DNA from: Laetmonice hystrix
Lineage: Eukaryota
Length of the DNA: 64,000 nt
NCBI GenBank assembly: GCA_965235115.1
Contig: OZ249438.1
Location: 22,258,001 to 22,322,000, forward strand
Reading direction: 5' to 3'
The translations under genes and the position numbers were made by a program. Each line of letters begins with the position of its first letter. The first letter of the stretch is position 1. Below the pieces are notes generated by a model that was not told the origin of the DNA, searched no databases, and saw only the letters and a list, made by a program, of their open reading frames with translations. Of the stretch, positions 1 through 12,503 are shown piece after piece.

Positions 1-2799
1 CTCTTTCCCCTGGCAGACCCGATAGTGCACAGGTTGAGCCGGTCGAGGGGTCGGTTCTTGACCGCAATCGGTCTCTTACCTTCGATGAATTATTATATTA
101 ACATAACCCCATCATCAACACCAAACATTTCATTTAAAATTTGAAAAGAATAGGTGTTAAAATTACTGGACTGAGTATTCGTATGGAGTAAGATAATTAG
201 TTCGCATTAAATTTGAAATTGATCTGTATTGACGTATTCACATATGGACAAGTTTGCCGCATTTAATTTTGTTACACCGGGAAGTTAATCCACTGTATTT
301 TACGCTGATCTAGACTAAACCAAACTTGAGTGGCATCTCGAAATAAACGTCCCTCAACTGGGACAGCAGTGGTCAGATGTATGGGTGTGACGTCATGCTG
401 TCACATGACGTGTTCACGAGCAAACCAAGACGTCCGCGTCAGGAAGTTAGATAGATGGCATGATTCATACGGAGGTATGTCCATGACATTCCGACTTTTC
501 CAATCTGTGGGGACAGCTCGATAGAGCCCTACATCTCTACTGCTAAACTCGAGATTACCAGTCAGATTTGATTGTAAAATTTAGACGCTGTTTAGGTGGC
601 ACGTGCAGGCCAGCAACCTAGTAAAGTCTTCCGCGTGAAGAGCAGTTTGTTTAGCTTTGATGTAGGTCGAGGCAGTGGATGGTGTAGATGGATTGATTGA
701 ACACCTCTTGCTGGTCAATCATCGATCACGAATCAAGGTCACACCTCTTTTTCGATTGTTTGGCCAACCGAAGGTGAAGGTCACTTCATCCTGCCCCGCT
801 TCCGGTGAGGGTACCACGTGATGCTGTGTTTGAGTGAGGTGTTGTTGTAGCTGTGTGTGGGTGTGTGCGTAGACCAGTTTGTTTGTTTCTGGGTACCATG
901 GTAGTTACCAAACATTGTCTATATGGGAAGGTGTACGTGTGGATGTGGTTGTATGGGTGGGTGGTCTCGGGGTTGCAACTACGGTCGGGGGAACAGGGTA
1001 GTGTCAACATTTGCCTTCGGTGCGAGTTGCTGTGGAAGCCAGGCAGGACCAAGTCAACAAGAGCATTAGGCCATTGTCCATGGCCGGTTTGGTCAACATT
1101 GGGATGAATCGATCGATCCGTCGATCGACCGTTCAGGTGACCGTGGTCAGCCAGTCCGGTCTGTGTCATTTACCTAGCGGCGAGGGAGTCTCGCTGCCAG
1201 CTATCGATGGGTACAGCAAAGTCAGCAAGGCAATCATACTATATACAGTTCATGTAGTCAGCCAACACATGCTGACCAGTCCAGCCAGGCAAGACCAAAC
1301 CAAAGAACAAGACCAAACTAAATACTGTCTGTCTGTCAATACAGCCAGCGGGTAGTACCGCGGTGAAACCACGTGTACAGACATTGGAAGTGGTGAAAAA
1401 GCATGACCCCAAGGTTGTATCACGAGAAAACTATGCGGAGGAAGTACAGGTTTTCGATTTTTGGAGACCGAACGGGTTATTTCGTTGGGGGGGGGGGGGG
1501 GGGGCTGCAAGTAGTCATACTATAACTCATATTTTTTAAAGGAACTCAGTACTTATGTGATTGTGTAGGCACATTGCAAGGGTCTTCCGCGATCGGTAAT
1601 TCTATAGTGTCTTCCTTTTAGATGACGTACTCGGCCTATCCATGACATACCCACCCATTGCGTGTTTCCACTCAGCTGAACCTGAGCATTTGTATGCTTT
1701 CCCCATCACTGCTGGGGCAGTTCGGTTTTACGAGCCACGGTGGCGACACATTTCCCGAGGCGAGGGAAACATTTGAAATTTACTGAATGAAAGGTTACGT
1801 TTACTTCCTCGCAAGCAATGATAGTATAATGAAGACGTCAACGGTTCATTATGACAATCTTAAAGTTTCTGATTGGTTGCATGTGACAATGGCGCCGAGC
1901 CTGTTCACGTGGAGCAAACCTACAGTACCGTTACAGTTGTTGGATAGCACTTCACTGACGGTGGCAGTCAGTGACAGGTTTGGGATCGAAAAGAAACAAA
2001 TCTCCAACAGATGTCGCTGTAGACTCTCCAGTGATACACCAGGTATGGCGCTGTGCCGAGTATGTGCCCATGGGGGTTTCTACAGTCTCTCTGATATCAT
2101 CTCCGTACAGAGCCAATGTTTTTAATGGACCAGAATTATCCTTCAGAACGCTTGAAACGTCCGGCCGTTTTAGTAATTATAACATTATTTCCATCTTTTA
2201 AAGTAGGGCCTACCCCTTATACCCACAGAAGCTTTGTGAGTGCCTGATAAAGTGCGAGAGAATTCCTTCTTTGGCTTTCACAGGTTAATTGAAGGACGCC
2301 AAATTTGGGGGCATAGGTGCCATGTGCGAAATACGTACTTATCGATCTAAGCACATTGCAATGACCTGCATATAAATATAGGCCAACAGGCTTAGCAACT
2401 ACATACAATAGCAAAAACTCTCTAATTTGTAGACAACAACTTTGATCAATCATTGACAATATTGATTATAGAATGACTGATCACGAATGTCCTCATGTGG
2501 AGGTAACAGACCTAATCTGGACGAGATCTGATAGTCCAAGACTTTGCCAGGTCACCTGGAACCAGTGCTCAGAAAGCTCCGAGTTTATTTTCTAGGCAGC
2601 CTTCGCAAATGTGTCCTCAGCACCCATAGCCGTGAACCCATGGCATTAATACGAATTAACTCGATGTGTATTAGATGAGATACATTATTTTTAGGCTCGT
2701 TCATTGTTAAAAGTAGTCTACCTTCTGTTATTTCCCTGAATCAGAAAAGTACGGGACACTGGGTGTTTGGTCAGGCGTGGAGACTGTAGGACAAGGAGA

Positions 2800-3420
2800 G
2801 AACGCCGTACGGTCGGCTGTACACGTTTGGCAGCCCGTCAGGTCGCCGCGGATTCTCCAGCCTTACAAAGATTGGCCAGGTGTGTCTGATTGATCCGCAT
2901 ACATATGCGGGGAGGGCCATATAAACGGCGTGGATCCTGCCACACCTGTCACAGTTCAAAGACGCAGGTCGCAGGGGCTGCCCCTCGAGCCGGCGAAGCC
3001 ACCGCCTGACCCAGTTAGCAGAGCGCGCCCATGTCGTCTGCTTTTGTTCAAAAATGGCCGACCACCACTGGGTCAGGTCAGGGGTCGCCACAGAGTGTAT
3101 TTGTCAAGGTGTTACGTACAATTGCACTGGCGGTTAGTATTTCTTTACGGCGGGCCTCTTCATGTCTTTGGCGTTTTGATACTCAGGCTGAATAATGGAA
3201 GGGTCCCTGACCAGCATAATAAAGCTCGCCGATTGTGTATGTTCTGGAAATGAGCTTTTGACCATCGTTTTGGTCGACCGCCGATTCAGATAGGTCTGTC
3301 TGACAGGCAGACATTAAGGTGACTCCAGGCACCATAATGTCTCTCGTAACACGCCGGACTGATAGCAGCAGGTGTAACTAAAGAGTCCTTTGGGGTTGAG
3401 GACCTTTCCCCGTGGTGACT
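2800..3420 (-). mobile_element. Decayed non-LTR retrotransposon (RTE-clade-like), 3' part of ORF2 plus 3' end
   Basis: Minus-strand translations, broken by stops and frameshifts, give motifs in the order expected for the RTE ORF2 C-terminus: AAISPACY..YGAW (cf. AAVLPxLLYGxETW), LNVCLSDR (cf. LNIRWxDR), RRALLCWSG (cf. RRLRWAGH), DLTQWWSAIFEQK (cf. DRxxWRSAV..FExKR) and CDRCGRI (terminal Cys knuckle). GACGGGCTGCC follows at 2839-2829, resembling RTE 3' ends. By-eye similarity only. Confidence 0.5.
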
Positions 3421-3898
3421 GTTACGTCGTTATTTACCCAAAAGGTCACTCGCAAAGAACGCAGGGCAGACGGCCTTCTCAAAGCCGGGGAACTGCCATT
3501 TAAGAAAGTCACACTTCCTCTCTCATGGAGTGTTCGACCAGAAGGCCTTAGTACTCCGATATTAAAGTGCCCCCCTGTGCTGTTTTGGGGTAGGGTAGGG
3601 GATGAAGATAATTACAATGTCATTATTACAGCAAGTAGGCCTATATCGGAGTGCGGTTTTCAGAAAACATGAGGTATATATGTTCTTTATATTATAAAGC
3701 GTCGGCAGTAGGCCACTTTACCTTTTACTTTAGAAAAACTAATGTTGTTTTTAACGTACTCTTTAACGTTTTAACGTGGCTCTCTTGGTAGACATCTGCA
3801 TCTGTTCGAGCTGAGAACGTAATGGTATAAATGTCTGCTCCTGGAAGGCAGCAATTCTCTCATTTTATCATTTAAAACAGGATTGATTCAATAGCCGG

Positions 3899-5015
3899 TT
3901 TGTCACACGAAGAAACCTTGTTCACCGACCATGCATATAACTTTTTGCCTACCTCTAACAAAGATGGTTGCATCAAAAATAAAAATTATGCCAAGAAGAT
4001 GTATGGCATCGCTGAGAACAAATATGATCAATCTTACATATGATTTGGGAGGACATATTAAAAAGAAGCCGACAATTGAAGGAATTGTTCCCAGATTGAG
4101 TCTACATTTGGTTCGGGGACAAGTGCACTAATAGCGTGCGTGGTGGTTCCTCCCGACCATCAGTAACTCGTCTTCCTCTGCTCACCAGTGGTGGAGGTAC
4201 CCGGCTCACGACGGTTCGTTTCATGGTTTGGCTAAAGGCAGCCCTGTGGGCACGTCACGCAGTCCAACCTGCACTACCTGGCCTCCCGCATGGCTACCTG
4301 ACCTGCCCCATCCCTCGCCTCCAACCGGGTCCCTAATCCCTGGTCACCTCAATCGATCCTCTTTCATAATCGTGCCATTTAGAGCCACGGCTGGTCCCTA
4401 AAAACCAGGCCCTTCTCTGTGGTTCGGAAGAATAAAGCGCGGATTAGTGTTGTTTCCAACGAGGCGCTCGGATTCTGTCGACGGTGGCCATTTAGGCCTG
4501 GAGATACGCGAACGAACAAAAGTAGTGCTGGCCGCGATCATATACACTTGAAGAGGCTTTTAATGTGATAGTTACCTGATACACAGCGCGATACGGTGTC
4601 ACACGGGTACTAAGTCCGCTCTCACAGGTCGCCTGTACATTTTGGAGGACTTTCCTGGGCAGACATGAGAGTGCATGACTGCCTTTCAGGTGTAATATCA
4701 TATTCAAGTAGGAAGAAACAGAAAGGCCGACATATAAATGTGTGCGTGCGCGTATTATTTGACATGTTATGGTGCGTAAGGTGAGGGATATCTCAACGCA
4801 CATCACTGTGAATGCGTGTAATGATAGGAGGAATCCAGAGGTACGCTCGAGAACCACAGCACGCACTTTCCTTGTTCCAAGGTATTAGATGCAGATTCTG
4901 GCAAGAGTCAAGCAGATACACGACAGTGAAGACCTTTGTGTCTACCCAAAGCGCAGACGTATAGGTTAGAGACATACTTGGATTGTCGGTGAACAAGGTT
5001 TCTTCGTGTGACAAA
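3899..5015. mobile_element. 1117-bp segment bounded by a perfect 31-bp inverted repeat (putative non-autonomous TIR element or inversion footprint)
   Basis: TTTGTCACACGAAGAAACCTTGTTCACCGAC at 3899-3929 is the exact reverse complement of 4985-5015. No target-site duplication or transposase ORF is seen. Confidence 0.55.
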
Positions 5016-5879
5016 GCTTTCTCAGCGGTCTCCAGACCAAACCTTGGAATCCTCACTGGATCTAGAATAAAGAAAGCAACCGTCCCCTTTTCCCATTTCC
5101 ATGTTAAAAACGGCGTGATGCGACGGAGTGCCAAGGCTTTGGCTCCGTCTGTCAAAGGCCTTTTGTGGCGCGCCTGGAACATGGCCTGCAGCGCCAAATG
5201 CCTTCGCATTGCTGGGGACCTCTTTAGCGAGGTCCAAGTTTTGACCGATCTGCTCGTTCCAAATGTCTTGTCCTCCTTTGTCCCCGGCCGGTCATTTGGT
5301 CCAATCTCCCCAGGTGTTTCTCATTGTTTTGTCTCTCACGGACACTCGTAGTTTTCTCTAGATAACGAGATGGGAAATGAATTGATTATTTCAAGGAATA
5401 TCGATCTTGATCATGCAGGGACTAGCCATGGAGAGGTGAAGCAAAGAGACCTTCCCATTGGATGCTAAAGTTGGTTGTTGTTGACTATGTAACGCTTTCA
5501 CGCAACATATCGGAAAGACGTAACCTGCGGGATTTGGTCACGTTGTTATCTGTTTGAACCACACCGTTTTATTCGGCGTGTATGGACAACCAGAAATGAT
5601 ATCGTGAACGCAAGAAGATCTGCTATCAACAACGTGCACTGAACGCTAATGGTACAGTTAGTCCGATAGCGTGGTGCCCACTGGTTGGGCACCGATGTCA
5701 ACTGTTCATGTACGACCGATTATTGGCATTGGGTGGCTTAGTGTGGTTGGTTTTTGCTGTGGCGTTGCCGTGTGGCATCAAAGTACTGTTGCTTGAATGA
5801 CATGGATGTTATGTTGCTGGTATGCATGGCTATTTTAAAATATCTTGAAAGAGTAGGGGATTTCCTGGTCGGTGAACCC

Positions 5880-6150
5880 AATAGGGGGAAAGCCTGCTGC
5901 TATAGATTGGCCAGAGCTGGTATGACATTGAAGTCATGGTTGCTGGCATGAAATCGACGTTACCGCTACTAGTATTGCATTAAACCAATCGCTGCACGTA
6001 AAGCAATCCACTACGAGCATGGTACTCTGGATGGAGCATTTCAGTATTTATACCACCTGACATCAGTGTCGCCCTTCCCGACCTCTGCCAACTCCATTCC
6101 TGCCCATAGCTCTTTCTGCTCGTGGACAACAGGAGCTTTCCCTCAAACCG
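5880..6150 (-). mobile_element. Possible decayed LINE reverse-transcriptase N-terminal region
   Basis: Minus-strand frames read ELAEVGKGDT / SGGINTEMLH..GLLYVQRLV*CNTSSGNV..WPIY, resembling the LINE consensus LKxGKAPGPDGIxxEMLK..LLxWLxRLFN...G.VP...IIPIYK. Orientation and relative order match the 2800-3420 fragment. Weak. Confidence 0.3.
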
Positions 6151-7130
6151 TTCTCGTTACAAAGTCGTCTGTGCCTTACCCACGTGATCATCACAACCGA
6201 CCTGTGTCTGCGATCGATAAGTGGTCAGCGTGACATGGTACTGACGGACAAGTCTTGTCGGTCTGTGAGACCAGCGCCATATACCACAGCCACGCCCGCT
6301 ATTGTCACAATGTAGGCCAAACCCATGGCAAGCTAAGACTAAAAGGGATACAAATAATTCCTGGAAGTCGCATTGAAAGGCCGAGCCAGTGGACGTTAAA
6401 CGATGTGCAACAAAAAGGCCGCCACGACACGTCCACATGGTATTGGCTTTTACTCCACCAAATCTAACCTGCACGGCTCCGCCCCTAGATAGGAAAAATA
6501 CGCTTAAAAGCAGAGGCCTTGCCGGCGTAAGGTTATAGAGTTACGACGAGGAGTTAGCTTTCTGGGCGGTCATTTGGTCCATTCGATCCGCGTGGGTTTG
6601 GTCTTTGATGGTGCCGTCTGCTCGGTTTGCGTCAGGTGAGACCAAGACCTTGGCGAGTCAAGGGAGCGCCCGCGTGACGACACCCTGAGGGCAGGATCGG
6701 ATGGCAGGGGGCAACAACAGTGGCAAGGGTGGTGGCCAGGCTGGCGCGGTCGATGATCCCCTATATCAAGGCAACCAACGATAATTCGCACCGATTGAAG
6801 TTTGTAACTGTAGCGCATCACGTCAACGCGAGCCTTGACATAACGTCAGCTTTGGAATGTAGCGGTGTGGGTACTGCTGGCAGCTTCTGCATGGACAGAC
6901 TCGTGTGATCATTGAGTCACAGGTCGGCCCAGCCTGTCTTCTCATGGCAGGCTTTCTGCTGGCACAAGAAACAGCAGATACCAGTCTGTATACATTCGGG
7001 TCTTTAATCCCTTCTGATATTATACCATTTGTCACCATTTTGAAATCAAACTACTTAAAATGCATTATTCCTAGCAATAACCTGCTTTAGTAGGCACCAG
7101 ACAACCATCCATGTATTAATTTGTATGTAC

Positions 7131-7546
7131 CTAATGCCCCTGATCCACCGGTGGAGACTGCTTCGCAACTGACTAGCCTAAAGAATCAAAGTTGCGAATC
7201 AGTCACAAACAAAACTTTGCAACTGATTCGCAACTTTGATGACAAGTTGCGAATCAGTCGCGAAAGCTGATCCACCGGAAAATACAGTTGCCAAGTTCCA
7301 GTCGCCAGTGGGCAAAATCAAACATGTTTGATTTCGCCAAGGGAGGTTGCGAACAGGTTGCAAAGCCAGGTGATTCGCAGAGCCAGTTGCGAACTCCTCA
7401 TGACAGGTGATCCACCAAAATAGTGTTCGTGTCGTGTTCGCGACTGGGATGTCAACTGTAGGACTTCCCCGAGTTGCAAACAGGTTGCCAATGGGTTGCC
7501 AACGAGTCGCAAGGCCAAGTTGCCAGCGGTGGATCAGGGGCATTAG
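7131..7546. mobile_element. MITE / non-autonomous foldback DNA transposon, about 416 bp
   Basis: CTAATGCCCCTGATCCACCG (7131-7150) is the exact reverse complement of 7527-7546; the TA inside the ends could be a TA target duplication. There is an internal 16-bp inverted pair (7188-7203 and 7222-7237), many GTTGC subrepeats and internal TGATCCACC copies. No coding capacity. Confidence 0.8.
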
Positions 7547-10500
7547 ATAAACGTTTATATGGGGCAAGTAATATAAATCTTGTGGTATAATTATGACCGC
7601 GTATAAAGTCAGCAGTCTGTGGGAATAGAGTTCACGTTAAGCTCGTATGAAGCCAATAGTAGTATATGGACATGACGAGTTCAGTGGTAGTCCCCCCACG
7701 TACCGAGGTGACAACGACAACATCAATCCACATTGGTGTTTCCAGAATACGAGATTACATGTATTATCATGGAAGTACAAAGCACAATACTCTGAAGAGC
7801 CGCAAGAAAAGAACTCGGCCTGCTGATAACTGCATACGGAGAAGACTCCACGTCCTTTATGACCTTTCGACGGAGTCCCATCAGGAGGTTTAATTTGGAC
7901 ACAGTCTGTTCGTGCAATGTCTGTCGCGCTCTCTCTCCTTTTTTCGCTCGGTGCATCCTTTGTGCCAATGTACAGAAGTCAGGTGGGGTTGTGTAAAAAG
8001 GCGGCACGTGAACAAAGAAGTTCACCTGTTGTTTCCATTTTGTATGTACCACTGGCCTGGCGGTGTCTCAGGGCAAACTCAGGTGTACGGGAGATGTGGG
8101 TGTGGTCAGTAAAGGCGCTGTTTGGTGATCAGATCGGCGGAAACTCGAGAGAATAAGGCGAGAGAAGACAGTGGTTGTGTTACAACATCGCTCAGGTCAT
8201 AAGATGTTGTACTGACCCCTGGCAACTTTCTCCAGTCCTTATGACCTCGTCATGGAGGTCAGATAACTCGGTCGTATATCATTATGCGGGACCAAAGAGT
8301 CGCCAAGGTTTGAGTCTGGTAACGTGACCATTATGAGAAACACAAGCCGAATGTTTAACCTTCGTCACTTCGATCTCCCGTCAGATTGGACCGATGTCCT
8401 TGGCCTCTGAGAAAAATGTTTTCGTCTTCATCTGGCTCAGTGTTAGCACCCTCACCCCACGCCACCCCACGCCACCCCACCCCTGTCCCTTCAGTACAGT
8501 TAGATCGTAAATAGCCACTACGTTGTACTGACACTGATCGTTTGTGACACAGACATTCAGTCGAATTCGATGAGGTTATCATAAAGATGGCGTGTTTATC
8601 TTTAATGTTCCCTAATTCCCCATTGCTGCAGAGATCCTTATATTAGTGACGCTGACTGAAACGTATAAATTGAGAGGAGGCCAGAGGTATAAGATCTGAT
8701 CATTAGATGGGTCCTCTCATATATTAAGGATATCGAAATACCAAAGTAATTACTAACTTACGTGATATGTGAGAATACGATAAATATTTCATTGTGGGAA
8801 CTCTGTAGAAGTATGTAATAATAGATTAACCATAGGGAATTCTCTTTGACAAAAAGGTCAATGTATTAATCAAAGAGAGCAGACTATATTGTGGATATGT
8901 GAATGACACAAATACCGTAGGTGTACGTACAATTAATGATGTACACAATAAAGATAAATCTTTGATTATATGTATATACCTCGTTCATTGCTTGCCTGAT
9001 AGAAATGTATTCTCCCCAAGCGACAACTTAACGATCAAATTTCTCTACTATTATGGTCTCATGCACAATATTACAGACATTATGTTTGTGACTATGGCAT
9101 GCCCATCCACAAAGCTGATAATATGGTTGGTCGACATACATAGACACAGACTCGGTCTGTACAATAAGTATGGCGGATAGATCGGTTATGTCTTATAAAA
9201 TGGCTACATTCAAACTACATTCAGACATTAACGGACTGTTTCAAATATCAATAATTGTTTTATCTTTTTCATCAACTTACTTGTGGTGTTACACAAAGGT
9301 TTTGACCAAAATCGAGCTAAAACTGAGAGACATTTTGTTGACATTCAATCCCTTTGGCGATACGAGGTTTCATCATTCCAACTTCAGCCTCGATCAACGA
9401 GTTTCATCACATGACCTTTTCTATACTTTTGATTGGACATTGAGTTACAAGATTTTATCAGTAGATCACAAAAGTACTAGTAAGCAAAAGATATGAACTG
9501 ACGCTATCTTCATGAGGGACACAGTTCTTTGCTAACACTCAGTGATTCGGACCTATTAATTCGGGGAAGCTCCCCAATTCTCAGGTTTGCACCAGCTTCC
9601 ACACAGTTTGCCAACGATTGACGGGCATGGAAACTATATGAACTTGCATATTATGCTGTTGTATAATAATTGTGGGTTGCGGAGACAGTTCGACTTTTTC
9701 CCTGATCATTAAATGAGAGAAATACAGTCTGCTATACTTCGTTTAGTTACTCCTTGCACGGGTAGGCCTGAAGGCAGGGGTCTGTGCCACGCGGATGAGG
9801 CGTTTTCTGGCTAGGATGTTTTAGGACCGACGCTAATTGAGATGAGGAGATCATAACGCACCAAACCATGGCATCATGTTCACTGGGCTGTGGTGTCTGC
9901 CTCCACGCCGACAGTCTAGGCCCGCATCAGGCACGAGCAGCCCCAGTCATCAGCTCCCACAATGGATACGGTGCACAGGTTGCAGAGGTATATGGGACCT
10001 TTATCCCAGCGTCATTGTTCAACAATCGCCACTAATGATGGGCCATTGTCAGAGTCAAACGGTCACGCTTCCTGGAACATGACGACGCCACATCAGTTAC
10101 ACAAACGCCCCTTATTGATGGCCATGGAACTTCAAGTCGTATCACATAATTCAACACGACTGTGTATGTTTCTCCCTTGTATAGGTTAATTGTCAGGTCG
10201 CCCTGTGTAGCTCAGCCATTGACCTACCGCTGGGGACGTAAGTGGCCACGCAGTATTGTTCTGAGCGATCACCACACGCGGGTTAATTATTTTACCGCTG
10301 TGGCCCATATGCTACCGGTCGGTCTTAATTGTTTTCTGCACGTTAGGTGCCTGCCCTGTCCGGATGTCCAGGTGGTTCGTGTATGGTGACGCCTGATGAC
10401 CTCATTGCAGGCGTAAGGACAGTCTGTAGAGACCTGCAGGTGCTGCGGTCTGGCCAGTTGGCACCGAGTCTACGCTCGACCAACTGGACACGCTATAGCC

Positions 10501-10620
10501 GTGTGTCAAACCGTCGGTCAGTGCTGACATTGCCACCTCCATCCATATCCTCAATCCATCACATCCTCACGCCTACCAATACCACTCCAGCAAGGCTGCA
10601 TGACAGATATGATATAGGCC

Positions 10621-10800
10621 NNNNNNNNNNNNNNNNNNNNNNNNNNNNNNNNNNNNNNNNNNNNNNNNNNNNNNNNNNNNNNNNNNNNNNNNNNNNNNNN
10701 NNNNNNNNNNNNNNNNNNNNNNNNNNNNNNNNNNNNNNNNNNNNNNNNNNNNNNNNNNNNNNNNNNNNNNNNNNNNNNNNNNNNNNNNNNNNNNNNNNNN
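10621..10800. other. Assembly gap (180 N)
   Basis: Run of N. Confidence 1.
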
Positions 10801-11879
10801 CAAATTTCTCTTCATTATTTAATATAAAAAATCTACCAAAATTATAATTTCGGTGAAAAAATGCTATATCACTTAGTACTATACGTCGATTTCAACATCA
10901 CCAATAATCACAATGTACTCACTATCAGATACGGATTGATATGATTATACGGAGCTTGAAGCCCATCCTAATCAAACGTCATGAGTAGGGTTGGCCTTGG
11001 ATTAATATAATCTAGTTATTATAATCTAGTTATATATAATTAATCAGTTGAAAGTTGGGCCCCTCACGTAGGCAGTCATCAGACCGGAAGTGAAGATATA
11101 TCAACTCGGTGTCTTGGTTACGACGAACGTGTAAAGTTTTTACTGATGTTTCCACCAGTTGAGGTTCTTCCATCTCCAGCCATGCTTCACGGGGCCTCGG
11201 GAAGGACGCATCTTTAACGACACAAAGATTTAAATCACTGAATTCCTGGAACATAAAGCACAAAGTAATCAGATATGGTTGTGAAAGATGTTCCAATTGT
11301 AACGCACTCCTCCTTTCCTGTGTCTCATATTCAATTGTACGTAGATACACAGTATCATGAGTCGAGTCGTCATCCACCAAGTCTGCCCACGCCCATTATG
11401 ACTGTAGGATTTCTCTAACACAGATACCGTCACATATCGCATATAAAACGAGAAGGGACTGAGATTGCCCGTCGCCGAAGCACAGCCTCGCTCTGTCACA
11501 ACGTTCTTAACGATGCCTCGTGTGGGGACGATGGTAAAAAAAACGACGCGCTCTGTCCCCTGGCCAAGTTTAGATAGGGACGTTATGTAACTGTCAAAAA
11601 GCTGCTTTTATAGCATCTCTCCTCCCTTGGAATCATCATCCAGCATAAAGTAGCACGCTATGCCTACTGATACAATGATATAGACAGAATCCCACGCAAG
11701 GCTTGGAGTTACACTATACACGGTGTACTTCATTGACCTTCCATTTCAAACTACATGTCTTCAGTCGTAAAAGGGTTTTTTTGATGAGGAGGTGGGGTGT
11801 CAAATATATTGTTTTAACATGGTTAGGATTTCGAAGCATTAGGTGATGGGTTTTTATATTGTTTCTGACTTTGTCATAC

Positions 11880-12408
11880 TAGTGGTAAAGAGCACAAGTT
11901 CTGTTCGTATAAAGGATGTGTCGTATTGCCTTGCGTGGTGATTGGATGCCTTTACTTCTCAGTCCAGGAACGCCATCTCCATGAAGGTCGCTACGTTTGC
12001 CTCGAAATGTCTGCACAGCGCTGCACCATCCGCCTGAAAGACAATCTGAGCTGGCCATGATGGCCCTGTCCACTTCAATGTCCATCACCAGCCCCCGGGA
12101 GAACATTAATAAGTCGTCTCTTTGTTGTAAGGCAAGGCAAACAGATGCTTGGCTGTGGTCAGACCTTTGCCAGGGTTCGTGGCCCTGATGTCCAGCGCTG
12201 CCTCCGTACAAGGAAGCCCACTATGAGGAGGGCCTGGAGGTCATCAAGCAGGACGGAGAACGCCCCCTGGTGAATGGATGTCCATGCTGGCCATCATAAC
12301 CAATAGGTTGAGACAACACGTGGCAGCGACAAGTCTCACAATGTAAGCGACCCGGCGCTGACCATCACCCAGTACCACTCCCGCCAGCAGGCCCGCTACT
12401 TCTTCTAG
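11880..12408. pseudogene. Ambiguous degenerate coding remnant (pseudogene or TE fossil)
   Basis: Plus strand: successive short GC3-rich frames (SRNAISMKVATFASKC, YKEAHYEEGLEVIKQDGERP, SDPALTITQYHSRQQARYFF*) separated by frameshifts and ending in a stop directly before an (ACT)n tract. Minus strand: DDLLMFSRG (12118-12092) resembles the L1-type RT motif FADDLLxFSRG. Identity unresolved. Confidence 0.2.
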
Positions 12409-12421
12409 AACTACTACTACA

Positions 12422-12486
<65 letters not shown>

Positions 12487-12503
12487 CAAGACCACTACTA
12501 CTA
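12409..12503 (+). repeat. (ACT)n microsatellite
   Basis: About 26 near-perfect ACT units followed by a short degenerate tail. Confidence 0.97.

Noticed and set aside
388-447. Promoter-like motif cluster (TGACGTCA, GTCACATGAC, CAGGAAGT)
   Set aside because: Short common motifs that also occur inside invertebrate MITEs; no associated gene or TSS evidence
5673-5693. GGTGCCCA-ctggt-TGGGCACC hairpin as a minus-strand Helitron end
   Set aside because: No clean CTAG/T terminus follows; an 8-bp stem alone is not diagnostic
10347-10847. ORFs of 166 and 80 aa crossing the first gap (likewise 59920-60417 at the second gap)
   Set aside because: Length is inflated by N runs
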